Source of the DNA: Chloroflexota bacterium
GTDB lineage: Bacteria; Chloroflexota; Dehalococcoidia; GIF9; JBFMDU01
Direction of reading: 5' to 3'
DNA: 64,000 nt
Assembly: GCA_040753815.1 (NCBI GenBank)
Contig: JBFMDU010000016.1
Coordinates: forward strand, 64,811-128,810
The notes beneath the pieces are model-generated. The model did not search any database and was not told where the DNA came from. It was given only the letters and a program-made list of their open reading frames with translations. This document shows, piece by piece, positions 43,635-52,629 of this stretch. The position numbers were made by a program, and so were the translations under genes. The stretch's first letter is position 1, and each line of letters opens with the position of its first letter.

Positions 43635-45995
43635 GTGGACCAGCACAGTCTTGAGATGCTCGAGTTCCCCAGGGTCAGGGAGATACTGGCCTCGCTGACC
43701 TCGTTTTCGGCCAGCCGGGAGCTGGCGCTCGGGCTGATGCCGTCGTCTGACCTGGAAGTAATAACAGGCCTGCTAAAGCATTCAAGAGAAGCACGGCGCG
43801 TCCTTGCCCTGAAGCCGGACTTCTCAATCGGATATGCTTCCGATGTCCGCGAAGCCGCTCGGATGGCGTCTAAAGGCAGTAGCCTAGAACCACTTGTACT
43901 ACTGGACATCGGCAGGACTCTGGCCTCGGCACGGGTAGCCCGATCCGGCATCGAAAAGCTGAAAGCCGAAGTCCCAACTCTCTGGAGCATAGCCAGTAAA
44001 ATCACTCCCATACCTGACCTCGAAAGCGAAATCAACCGGTGCATCTCGCCCGATGGCGAGGTCATGGACAGCGCCTCGGAAAAATTAGCTAACCTGCGGC
44101 GCCGTCTGCGCGCCGCCCGCCAGGAACTAGTGGAACGTCTTGAAGCCATCACCCGCTCACGTCGCGGCCAGCGGTTACTGCAGGAACCCATCGTTACCGA
44201 GCGCGATGGCCGCTTCGTCATCCCGGTCAAATCAGAACTGCGCACCCAGGTCAAGGGCATCGTCCACGACGTTTCCAACACCGGTGCCACAGTTTTCATC
44301 GAACCCTGGGCAACAGTCGATCTGGGCAACGAACTTCGCGAGCTAATCGCCCAGGAAAAGTATGAGGTCGAGCGTATAATGGCCGAGCTCAGCGCCATGG
44401 TCGGCGAGAATGAACGTGCTGTCAGCACCAGCGTCACGTACCTGGCTGAACTCGACCTCGCCCTGGCCAAAGCCCGCTATGCCCAGCGACTTAAAGCAAC
44501 CGAAGCCAGCATCACTTTCCCTCAGCCCGAAAAGCCCGAAAGCAAATGGAACGTCCTCCGTCTGGTCAACGCCCGCCACCCGCTCCTCAAGGGCAAGCCG
44601 GTACCGATGTCAGTAGAAATCGGAAAGGACTTCTCAACACTCGTCATCACCGGCCCCAACACCGGCGGCAAAACAGTCGCTCTCAAGACCATCGGCCTGC
44701 TCACCATGATGACTCAGGCCGGTCTGCCAATACCTGCCGCCGAGGAAAGCTCAATACCGGTCTTCGATAGTGTCTTCGCCGATATCGGTGATGAGCAGAG
44801 CATCGAGCGCACCCTTTCCACTTTTAGCTGGCACATCGGTAATATCAACCGCATCATCGGCGAATCAACCGCCTCCAGCCTGGTATTGCTCGACGAGCTC
44901 GGCACCAGCACCGACCCTCTAGAGGGGGTCGCTCTGGCCCAGGCCATCCTGCTCCATTTCCTGTCACGCGGCACTATTGTCGTAGCCACCACCCACTTCA
45001 GCGACCTCAAGGTCTTCGCCCATACCACGCAGGGCGTCGAGAATGCCTCTTTGGCCTTTGATCCGGTGACCCTCTCGCCCACCTATTACCTGACGGTCGG
45101 CACTCCCGGTGGAAGCAACGCGCTGGCGATTGCCGCCAGGCTCGGCCTACCGCGAGAAATCATCGAAAATGCCCGCGGGGTCATGGCCAGAGGCCCTCAG
45201 CAGGTCGAAGTCATGCTTACCGACCTGGCCAGCGAAAAAGAAAAGGCCGAAAAGCTGACCAAATCGCTGACCGACCAGAGAGCTGCGGCCGAGACGATGC
45301 GCCGCCGTCTCCAGGAAGACCTGGCCCGCATCCACGAAGAAGAGCGCACCCTGCTCCGGGAAACACGCGACGGCCTGCTCCAGGAAGCCGCTGACCTCCA
45401 GCGCCAGCTCCGCGAGGCCGAAGCCGAACTAAAAAAGAGCCGTTCCAAGGATAGCGTCGAGCACGCCCGGAAGTCCCTGGCCGAACTTCACCAGCGGCTT
45501 GAGGGAGAGGCATGGCGGACTAAAGCTGGAAAGACAGCACCCGCCGAGGCTCTGTCCGTCGGCGATAAAGTGCGTCTTATCAACACCAACCTCGATGGGA
45601 CTATCGTACGCGTACTGAATGAGGGACGTCAGGTAGAGGTCCAGGCGGGACAGACACGAATCACCCTGGGTATTGACGGGGTGGAGAAGATACCGCCGCT
45701 AGCCGCCAAACTGCCGGATTCAGTCTCGGTCAAGCCGCGGTTCACATCACGCGCCATGTCCTTCGAGCTTGACCTGCGCGGCAAAAGGGCCGATGATGTT
45801 TACCCGGCGCTCGACGGCTATCTCAACGACGCTTTCATGGCTAATCTCAGCCAGGTACGCATCATCCACGGCTTTGCTACCGGCACCGTCCGGAGTGTCG
45901 TCAGGGAAATTCTGGGCCAGCACCCGCTGGTCAAGTCCTTCCGTCCCGGCACACGCGAGGAAGGCGGCGACGGCGTAACCATGGTAAGCTTGTAA
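43635..45995 (+). CDS. mutS2: Endonuclease MutS2 (MutS domain + C-terminal Smr domain; RqcU-type)
   Basis: 786 aa. Walker A ITGPNTGGKTVALKT, DELGTSTDP, a long coiled-coil and C-terminal Smr (LDLRGKRADD...IIHGFATG). Confidence 0.95.
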   Translation: MDQHSLEMLEFPRVREILASLTSFSASRELALGLMPSSDLEVITGLLKHSREARRVLALKPDFSIGYASDVREAARMASKGSSLEPLVLLDIGRTLASARVARSGIEKLKAEVPTLWSIASKITPIPDLESEINRCISPDGEVMDSASEKLANLRRRLRAARQELVERLEAITRSRRGQRLLQEPIVTERDGRFVIPVKSELRTQVKGIVHDVSNTGATVFIEPWATVDLGNELRELIAQEKYEVERIMAELSAMVGENERAVSTSVTYLAELDLALAKARYAQRLKATEASITFPQPEKPESKWNVLRLVNARHPLLKGKPVPMSVEIGKDFSTLVITGPNTGGKTVALKTIGLLTMMTQAGLPIPAAEESSIPVFDSVFADIGDEQSIERTLSTFSWHIGNINRIIGESTASSLVLLDELGTSTDPLEGVALAQAILLHFLSRGTIVVATTHFSDLKVFAHTTQGVENASLAFDPVTLSPTYYLTVGTPGGSNALAIAARLGLPREIIENARGVMARGPQQVEVMLTDLASEKEKAEKLTKSLTDQRAAAETMRRRLQEDLARIHEEERTLLRETRDGLLQEAADLQRQLREAEAELKKSRSKDSVEHARKSLAELHQRLEGEAWRTKAGKTAPAEALSVGDKVRLINTNLDGTIVRVLNEGRQVEVQAGQTRITLGIDGVEKIPPLAAKLPDSVSVKPRFTSRAMSFELDLRGKRADDVYPALDGYLNDAFMANLSQVRIIHGFATGTVRSVVREILGQHPLVKSFRPGTREEGGDGVTMVSL

Positions 45996-46015
45996 AGGGA
46001 AGGAGGGCAGTTACC

Positions 46016-46768
46016 TTGCTCTCACTAACGGAGTCCCGGCTCAGGCGGAAACAGGCGCTCGATTGGCTAACCGAACTCGAAAACAGACCAGGTCCGGCGG
46101 CATCCGTTTATATATCTCCTGGCACACTTCTGCCCGAGGTCGAGAAGCTAACGGCCAGCTCCGCTGTCGCTGGTGAACTGCCAGCCGGCCTTGCCGAAAT
46201 TATCGCCGCATCCCCTACCGGTGGAGTCGTCTTCCGCGGCGAGCACACCGGTGACCTGCTTGTCCCGCCATTCCCGGTCACGGACAAACACATCTTCCTC
46301 AATCTGTACTCGGGACCGCTTCGGGAGGTGCTTTCCCGCGACCTGACCGTGGCAGTTATACTGCTCAGGCTCGGGATGTATGCCATCGGCCTCTTCCGGG
46401 GAGAACGCCTGCTGGCCAGCCGGGTCGGCACCGGCAACATCCACTCCCGGCACCGCCAGGGAGGCTCTTCTGCACGCCGCTTCGAGCGCCACCGCGACAA
46501 GCAAATTGAAGAGTTCTTTGCCCGCGTCTGCCTTCAGGTACGCGACCGGCTCGACCAGTACATGAACGAGATCGACTGGTTAATTTATGGTGGCACGGAG
46601 GAAACGGTCCTTGAGTTCCGTAAACAATGCCAGTATCTCGCCCGGCTCGACGACCACGTCATCGACCGTCTGCTCAACGTCCGGGAGCCAAAGCAAGCCA
46701 GTCTCGAAGCCACCATAGAAGATATCTGGTCAAGCCGGGTCATCCACTGGGAGGAGACACGGCTCTAG
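46016..46768 (+). CDS. Bacterial eRF1/Pelota/Vms1(VLRF1)-superfamily protein, GGQ position reads GGS
   Basis: 250 aa. SRHRQGGSSARRFERHRDKQIEEFFARVCLQVRDRL...IDWLIYGGTEETVLEF aligns by eye with the eRF1 central domain [30 protein letters not shown]...VAGLVLAGSADFKTEL. Starts 20 nt after the mutS2 stop. Confidence 0.6.
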   Translation: MLSLTESRLRRKQALDWLTELENRPGPAASVYISPGTLLPEVEKLTASSAVAGELPAGLAEIIAASPTGGVVFRGEHTGDLLVPPFPVTDKHIFLNLYSGPLREVLSRDLTVAVILLRLGMYAIGLFRGERLLASRVGTGNIHSRHRQGGSSARRFERHRDKQIEEFFARVCLQVRDRLDQYMNEIDWLIYGGTEETVLEFRKQCQYLARLDDHVIDRLLNVREPKQASLEATIEDIWSSRVIHWEETRL

Positions 46769-47126
46769 CTGCATATCCGAAGCCTATGGTAAACACCGGG
46801 TAAACTAGGTAGTTGAGACCGATATCAGTCATGTAATCAAGAAGCGGCATTTGCATCGGCCCCCACGTAAACATCAGCAGGTCCATAAGCAGGCTGATGG
46901 CAAGCCAGAGCACTCCAAGGAGAACACCTTCACGCACCGTGAACAATCTTGCCTTACGGAAATAAAATATCGCCAGGGGCGCCACGCAGAGGGCCAGCAC
47001 CACCGTCATGATGGCTTCAAAGAACGCCAGGTGTGAAGCCCTCAACGGAAACACCAGAAACGAAATCAGGAACGGGACGAACCAAAGCAAGAAACCAAGA
47101 CCAAGCGCCAGCCGGTACCTTTTCAT
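46740..47126 (-). CDS. Small integral membrane protein (4 TM)
   Basis: 128 aa with four hydrophobic segments. 4-nt overlap with the upstream gene. Confidence 0.55.
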   Translation of the reverse strand: MKRYRLALGLGFLLWFVPFLISFLVFPLRASHLAFFEAIMTVVLALCVAPLAIFYFRKARLFTVREGVLLGVLWLAISLLMDLLMFTWGPMQMPLLDYMTDIGLNYLVYPVFTIGFGYAARAVSPPSG

Positions 47127-47734
47127 TCGATCGCCTCCTTATCGTACTTAGCATGCTCGCGCTTTAACACCGGCACGAACTCCCACCCCGCCTCCCTGAC
47201 CACCTTTATCACCGGGTCGCGCACCCACCGGACATCGAACCGGTACTCGTAAGCCTTACCGGGAGTGCCGTCATCCCTGATATCGTATCGTGCCCCCCAT
47301 GACTTACGGAAAAGGACGCGCCCTCGTATAAATTCCTTGCGCCAGCTCACCTGGGGCAGACCAGCTACCACTGTAGTCCAATCCACCCTCCCCATAATCT
47401 CCCAGTAACGCGCCGCATGCCGCGTCTCATCGAGCAACAGGAAGGCCAGGTATGTCTCCTTCACCTGCTCCCGGGATAGGACCTCATGCCAGTCGGCATC
47501 GACGATTTTCCATTCTATGACGATATCGGTGGACTTGCCGCGCCTTACCTGGTACGGCAGACCCGGGCAATTTACCGCCAGCAGTCTGGCCAGTAGCTTA
47601 TCCTTAGGCTCAGGTGAAGGCCCGGCACGCTTGCCACCGAGGTACTCGAAGGCGCCGGTTGCGCATACCGCGACGGCGATCGCCGCCACGGCAACGATGA
47701 AAGCAACGATACCAACTACCAGCTCGATGCTCAT
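47123..47734 (-). CDS. Hypothetical membrane-anchored protein
   Basis: 203 aa with a single N-terminal TM segment (ELVVGIVAFIVAVAAIAVAV). Translationally coupled on both sides. Confidence 0.5.
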   Translation of the reverse strand: MSIELVVGIVAFIVAVAAIAVAVCATGAFEYLGGKRAGPSPEPKDKLLARLLAVNCPGLPYQVRRGKSTDIVIEWKIVDADWHEVLSREQVKETYLAFLLLDETRHAARYWEIMGRVDWTTVVAGLPQVSWRKEFIRGRVLFRKSWGARYDIRDDGTPGKAYEYRFDVRWVRDPVIKVVREAGWEFVPVLKREHAKYDKEAIE

Positions 47735-48321
47735 TCCTTGCTATCCTCAACCGCAACTACTTTGTTTTTCAGAGAACCCACTTCCTCAACACCGACCTCT
47801 ACAGTATCCCCGGCTTTCATCGGGCCAATGCCCGACGGCGTACCGGTGGCAATAACATCGCCGGGTAAAAGCGTCATCACCCCGGAGATAAAGCTGACCA
47901 GCTTTGCTACGGAGAAGATGCCGAAGACATATTTCAGCGCATCACCCTGGAGCGCATTCCTGGCTTTCCGCCCGATGACTACCCCTAATTCAGCCTCGTA
48001 GTCAACACGCCGTGAGTTTGGAGGCAGGACAATCGCTCCACCCGGATCAAGCACTGCCGATGGCGGCTTTAGAAAGAGCAACGGTGCTAGCGGCAGCGGC
48101 TGGTTAAGCTCAAGCGCATGGGTACGGTAGTTCAGTCCGATACATACCAGCTTCGATGGCCGGCACGGCGCCAGTAGCTTCACATCGGCAAGGCGGTAAT
48201 CCGGGCCATCGGCCTTCTTCCCACCCAAATTAAACGGACTGCGTTTAAAAGCCCGGATGCTCTCCCCCGATAGCTCACCGTACCGGACCGTGCCATCAGC
48301 TTTGAACCGCACTATCCTCAT
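47731..48321 (-). CDS. Fumarylacetoacetate hydrolase (FAH) family protein with apparent in-frame internal deletion
   Basis: 196 aa. KLVCIGLNYRTHA, DYEAELGVVIG and LLPGDVIATGTPSGIG are FAH motifs. The ~55-60 aa normally between YV.G(Y) and the (L)I.Y(I/M)S segment are missing (reads YVFGIFSVAKLVSFISG). Confidence 0.7.
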   Translation of the reverse strand: MRIVRFKADGTVRYGELSGESIRAFKRSPFNLGGKKADGPDYRLADVKLLAPCRPSKLVCIGLNYRTHALELNQPLPLAPLLFLKPPSAVLDPGGAIVLPPNSRRVDYEAELGVVIGRKARNALQGDALKYVFGIFSVAKLVSFISGVMTLLPGDVIATGTPSGIGPMKAGDTVEVGVEEVGSLKNKVVAVEDSKE

Positions 48322-48383
48322 GGCGATAAATTATAACAGTGATGGGGGCTGGCCTCTACCAATAAACTTTCCCTACCAAACGT

Positions 48384-48414
48384 TTGACGTACTACTCCGG
48401 TCATATGTTATAAT
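48384..48414 (+). promoter_or_regulatory. Candidate promoter upstream of aor
   Basis: TTGACG, then a 19-nt spacer ending in TGt, then TATAAT (extended -10), 47 nt upstream of the aor ATG. Confidence 0.35.
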
Positions 48415-48461
48415 CACGAATCCCAAATGTATGAGGGACAATCCCTACAAAGGAGTAACTT

Positions 48462-50303
48462 ATGGGCGGCTATAAGAACAAAATTCTCCGTGTTGACCTC
48501 ACCACCCGCAAGTTCGAAGAGCAAACACTGGATGACAACCTCATCCATGACTATATCGGGGGCCGCGGCTTTGGCGTCAAGCTCCTCTATGACAACCTCA
48601 AGCCGGGCATCGACCCGATGGGCCCGGACAACGAACTTGTCTTCTTGGCTGGCCCGCTGGCTGATAGCACCGCTCAGTCATTCCACCGCTGGAAAGTTTT
48701 CTTCAAGTCTCCCCTCACCGGCGGCTACTTCAAGTCCTGCGGCGGCGCCCACTGGGGCTCGGAACTTAAAGCCACCGGGCTCGATGCTATCATCATCAGA
48801 GGAATCTCCGAAAAACCGGTTTACCTCTGGATTAAAGAGGGCCAGTACGAGTTCCGTGATGCCTATTATCTTACCGGGCTCGACTGCGACGATACCCATG
48901 AGCTTATCCGCGAGGAGCTCCGCGACCCGTTAATCCGCATCGCCTGCATCGGACCCGCCGGTGAGAATAAGGTCAAATACGCCGGCATCTTTAGCGACCG
49001 GCGCTGTGCTGGGCGCGGCGGCGGCGGCGCGGTAATGGGCGCTAAGAACCTCAAAGCCATCGCCCTTCGTGGCAAACAGCCCATGGAATACTCCGACCCG
49101 GCTGGCTTCGCTGAGGCATCGAAAGCCTGGATAGAGGCCATCCGCACCGACCGCGGCTATCCCTTTTTCTCGGAGACCGGCACCCAGGGCACTGCGGCTA
49201 CCACCAACACCCTGGGCATGTACCCGACGAAGAACTTCCGTGAAGGTATGCTTCAAGGCTGGGAAGCTCTTGACGGTGCGGAGTTCAAAAAGGTGCGCGT
49301 CCGTAAGACCGCCTGCCACAACTGCATGATCCACTGCGGGAGCATCATCCACATCAACTCAGGCAAGTGGGCCGGCGAGTGGTCGGAGGGCCCCGAGTAC
49401 GAGACCATCTGGGGCTTCAGCGGGCCTATCGGTGTCGCCGACCTCGGCCTGACGGTGGCGGCCGACCATCTTTGCGACCGGCTCGGCGTTGACACCATCT
49501 CCGCCGCCGGTGCTATCGGCATGGCCTACGAGCTTTACGAAAAAGGTCTCATCACCAGGTCGGACACCGGCGGCCTTGAACTGAGCTACGGAAACGGCTC
49601 AGCCGCTATATCGCTGGTCGAGCAGATTGCTTACCGCAAGGGCGTCGGCGACCTCCTCGCCGAAGGCGTTCGGTTCATGGCAAAGAAACTGGACCGCGGC
49701 AGTGAGCAATACGCCATGCATGTCAAAGGCCTTGAGTTCCCGGCCTACGACCCGCGCGGTGCCAAGGCCCATGGGTTAAGCTTGATGACCCTGCCCATCG
49801 GCGCCGACCACAATTCCGGCTACTCCTTCCAGGAGATTTTCGGCACCCGCTATAAGGGACAGAAGATTGACCGCTTCGCCGTCGAGCAGAAAGGCGAAAT
49901 CACCAAATGGAACCAGGACTTTGTTGCCGCACAGGAGACCGGTATCCTGTGCAACTTTGCCGGCGGATATCTGAGGGGCAATCTCCAGATGTTTGCCAGA
50001 CTTCTGTACACTGCTACCGGCGTTAAAGACTTCGAGGATGAAGCCTATTTGTGGAAGGTTGGCGAGCGTATTTACAATCTGGAGCAGTTGTTTAATGTCC
50101 GCGAGGGCTTCAATCGGAAAGACGATATCATGCCGGACAGGATTACAAAGGAGACCTTACCAGCCGGCGCGTCCGCCGGCAAGACCTTCGAAGCTGAAAC
50201 ACTACTCGACGATTACTACAAACAGCGCGGCTGGGACACCAGCGGCATCCCGACTGCAGAAAAGTTGCAAGAGTTAGGACTGGGATTTACGATTAAGCAA
50301 TAG
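48462..50303 (+). CDS. aor: Aldehyde:ferredoxin oxidoreductase (tungstopterin AOR family)
   Basis: 613 aa. The N-terminal ILRVDLTTRKFEEQTL...GGRGFGVKLLYD and internal Cys motif (CHNCMIHC region) are typical of AOR. Confidence 0.93.
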   Translation: MGGYKNKILRVDLTTRKFEEQTLDDNLIHDYIGGRGFGVKLLYDNLKPGIDPMGPDNELVFLAGPLADSTAQSFHRWKVFFKSPLTGGYFKSCGGAHWGSELKATGLDAIIIRGISEKPVYLWIKEGQYEFRDAYYLTGLDCDDTHELIREELRDPLIRIACIGPAGENKVKYAGIFSDRRCAGRGGGGAVMGAKNLKAIALRGKQPMEYSDPAGFAEASKAWIEAIRTDRGYPFFSETGTQGTAATTNTLGMYPTKNFREGMLQGWEALDGAEFKKVRVRKTACHNCMIHCGSIIHINSGKWAGEWSEGPEYETIWGFSGPIGVADLGLTVAADHLCDRLGVDTISAAGAIGMAYELYEKGLITRSDTGGLELSYGNGSAAISLVEQIAYRKGVGDLLAEGVRFMAKKLDRGSEQYAMHVKGLEFPAYDPRGAKAHGLSLMTLPIGADHNSGYSFQEIFGTRYKGQKIDRFAVEQKGEITKWNQDFVAAQETGILCNFAGGYLRGNLQMFARLLYTATGVKDFEDEAYLWKVGERIYNLEQLFNVREGFNRKDDIMPDRITKETLPAGASAGKTFEAETLLDDYYKQRGWDTSGIPTAEKLQELGLGFTIKQ

Positions 50304-50349
50304 AAGAGGCCTTGCCCCTTCATAAAACAACCTCCTGAATAAACCGCAA

Positions 50350-50619
50350 ATGAAAGTTGAAGCTGTCTTTTTCGCCCAGCTCCGTGAAATGGTCGGAGTA
50401 CGGCAGAAGCATGTCGAACTGCCTGCCGGCGCCAGGGTCAGAGACCTGGTTGATTTGCTCGCCCGCCAGCACGGCGATAACTTCCGCGATGAAATCAAGA
50501 ACCTGGAAGGCACCCGCATCCTCATCGGCGACCGCGAGTATTTTCCCGATGAGGTTATGGATACCAGGCTTAAGGATGGCGATCAGGTTGTTTTCCTGCC
50601 GCCGATTTTCGGCGGGTAG
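50350..50619 (+). CDS. MoaD/ThiS family ubiquitin-like sulfur carrier (C-terminal GG)
   Basis: 89 aa. FAQLREMVG start and C-terminal VVFLPPIFGG. Confidence 0.8.
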   Translation: MKVEAVFFAQLREMVGVRQKHVELPAGARVRDLVDLLARQHGDNFRDEIKNLEGTRILIGDREYFPDEVMDTRLKDGDQVVFLPPIFGG

Positions 50620-50647
50620 ACGAAGCACAGGCAGGGCCACCCCGCTA

Positions 50648-50717
50648 CCAGACCTCTCGCTGATGCTCGAGATGGTTAACCATTTCGAGGCAACTGCCGA
50701 GAAATCTGGCGTGGTGG
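50648..50717. repeat. REP-like element (right half then left half) between the two moaD-like genes
   Basis: CCAGACCTCTCGCTGATGCTCGAGATGG followed by CCATTTCGAGGCAACTGCCGAGAAATCTGGCGTGGTGG. The end abuts a TGgTATAAT extended -10-like sequence. Confidence 0.55.
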
Positions 50718-50737
50718 TATAATTTCCCTTCTGTAAC

Positions 50738-51007
50738 ATGTCTAATATCAAAATTGAAGTCCTCCTCTTCGCCCAGCTCCGCGAACTGACCGGCGTCAAG
50801 CAGAAGACCTATGACCTGCCCGCCGGCACACTCTTTAGCGCCCTGCTCGACCGCATGACCTCGGACTTCGGCGCCACCTTCCGCACCGAGGTGAACGACC
50901 TGCACGTTATCTTCCCTGACCGCGAGTGTTTGCTCAGGGAGGCCCTAACCGTCCCACTAACCGATAACGCCACTATCGTCTTCTTACCGCCCATTGCCGG
51001 CGGCTAG
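50738..51007 (+). CDS. MoaD/ThiS family ubiquitin-like sulfur carrier (C-terminal GG), tandem paralogue
   Basis: 89 aa. FAQLRELTG and C-terminal IVFLPPIAGG. Confidence 0.8.
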   Translation: MSNIKIEVLLFAQLRELTGVKQKTYDLPAGTLFSALLDRMTSDFGATFRTEVNDLHVIFPDRECLLREALTVPLTDNATIVFLPPIAGG

Positions 51008-51016
51008 GTTAAACCC

Positions 51017-52417
51017 GTGCGTCGCTACTTCGCCTTCTTCGGCGTCAGTCTTGCCCTCTTCCTGGGCTCGGTCAATGTCACCGCTATTACCGTAGCCTTC
51101 CCCATCATTATCGACGAACTGCATATTTCTGTGGTGCTCGGCGGCTGGATTCTCAATGCTTTCCAGCTCACTCAGATCGCTCTGATGCCGGTGGCGGGAC
51201 GCCTCAGTGAGACCATGGGCCGCCGGTCGTCGTTTCTTCTGTTCACCGGCATCTTTACCTTCGGCTCGGCCCTGTGCACGGTAGCGCCGGACGCCTACTC
51301 CCTCATCCTGTTCCGCATCATCCAGGCCGCCGGCGGCGCCGGCTTCCTGCCCTCGGCCGCGGGTATTGTCAGCGACGAGTTCCCGCAGTCGCGGCAAAAG
51401 GCCATCGGGCTCTTCAGCAGTGTCTTCCCCGTCGGTATGATTATCGGCCCCAACCTCGGCGCTCTGCTCATTGAAGCTTTCAACTGGCGCGCTACCTTCG
51501 GCGTCACCGCCGTTATCGGCATTCTCGTCATCATCATAGCCCGCTTCCTGCTGCGGAATGACCCGGCAACCTCCGCCAGCTTCAGGCCCTGGCGTGGACT
51601 CGACTTCGTCGGTGCCGGCTGGCTGGCTGGCTTTCTCTTCGCCTTCATGTTCGGCCTGACCCAGCTTTCAAAAGTAGGTGACTGGCAGTCCTGGGCTGCT
51701 GCCTTGCCCTGCTTCCTGGCCGGCGGCGGTTTTCTCTACGGTTTTATCCAGCGCGAGCGCTCTTCTCAAAACCCCATCCTTGACCTGACCATCCTTCGTG
51801 ACCGGCCTTTTATGGCCGCAAATATCTTCAACATGGTGTACGGTCTGTGCGCCTTCGGCATATTCACCCTCATCCCCCTTTATGCCATCACTACCTACAA
51901 CCTCACCGTCATCGAGGCCGGCCTGGCCCTGACTCCGCGCTTCTTCGGTATGATGGCCGCCTCGGCGGTCACCAGCCTCCTTATCAACCGGTGGGGCTAC
52001 CGCGGGCCGATGCTCATCGGCTCGATAATAATCGCCCTGTGCCTGGGCGCACTCTCACTGCGTCTGTCCGGGGCGGGCCTGTTCAGTCCTACCACTACCC
52101 TCATGATAATCATGCTCTTCACCGGCCTCGGCGCCGGCATTTCCGCCCCGGCGGCCAACAACGCCTGCATCGAGCTCATGCCGGAGCGCATCCCCACGAT
52201 TACCGCCCTGCGCACCATGTTCCGCCAGATGGGCGGCGCCACCGGCATCGCCATCAGCACCGTCATTATCCAGGGTATGGGCGAGACCGGCCTGTCCTAT
52301 ACCGTCGTCTTTGCTCTTTGGGGTGTGGTGATGCTGGCTACCATACCTGCCATATTTGCTATGCCGGCCAGCCCTGATTCGTCCGGAGCGACCAGGCCGC
52401 ACGAGACCGATATTTAG
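51017..52417 (+). CDS. MFS transporter (14-TM DHA2/EmrB-like)
   Basis: 466 aa. About 14 hydrophobic segments and the loop motif GRLSETMGRR. Confidence 0.85.
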   Translation: MRRYFAFFGVSLALFLGSVNVTAITVAFPIIIDELHISVVLGGWILNAFQLTQIALMPVAGRLSETMGRRSSFLLFTGIFTFGSALCTVAPDAYSLILFRIIQAAGGAGFLPSAAGIVSDEFPQSRQKAIGLFSSVFPVGMIIGPNLGALLIEAFNWRATFGVTAVIGILVIIIARFLLRNDPATSASFRPWRGLDFVGAGWLAGFLFAFMFGLTQLSKVGDWQSWAAALPCFLAGGGFLYGFIQRERSSQNPILDLTILRDRPFMAANIFNMVYGLCAFGIFTLIPLYAITTYNLTVIEAGLALTPRFFGMMAASAVTSLLINRWGYRGPMLIGSIIIALCLGALSLRLSGAGLFSPTTTLMIIMLFTGLGAGISAPAANNACIELMPERIPTITALRTMFRQMGGATGIAISTVIIQGMGETGLSYTVVFALWGVVMLATIPAIFAMPASPDSSGATRPHETDI

Positions 52418-52454
52418 CAAGCTGTGCTCACCAGGGCACACGCCCGCTTTGGCG

Positions 52455-52575
52455 GTCATTACGAGGGCGCGTCAGCGCCCGTAGCAACCCCCTGGCTCAC
52501 TCTGCAGACTGGCATTTTCTTACAATGTCATTCCGAAGCCAGCATAAGGGCGGCTGAGGAATCTGGCGGGGCGGG
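52455..52575. repeat. REP-like elements (two units)
   Basis: GTCATTACGAGGGCGCGTCAGCGCCCGTAGCAACCCCCTGG and GTCATTCCGAAGCCAGCATAAGGGCGGCTGAGGAATCTGGCGGGGCGGG. Confidence 0.6.
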
Positions 52576-52593
52576 TTCAGTCTGCTCCTCGTA

Positions 52594-52622
52594 TTGACGA
52601 AATATAACATTATTGTTATAAT
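52594..52622 (+). promoter_or_regulatory. Near-consensus sigma70 promoter, probably giving a leaderless higB-like transcript
   Basis: TTGACG, an exactly 17-nt spacer, then TATAAT. The GTG at 52630 lies 7 nt after the -10 and there is no RBS. Confidence 0.5.
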
Positions 52623-52629
52623 CATCGTT

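Noticed and set aside
43616-44470. 284-aa minus-strand ORF
   Set aside because: It is antisense to the 5' part of mutS2. The translation is Ser/Arg-rich shadow-frame sequence.
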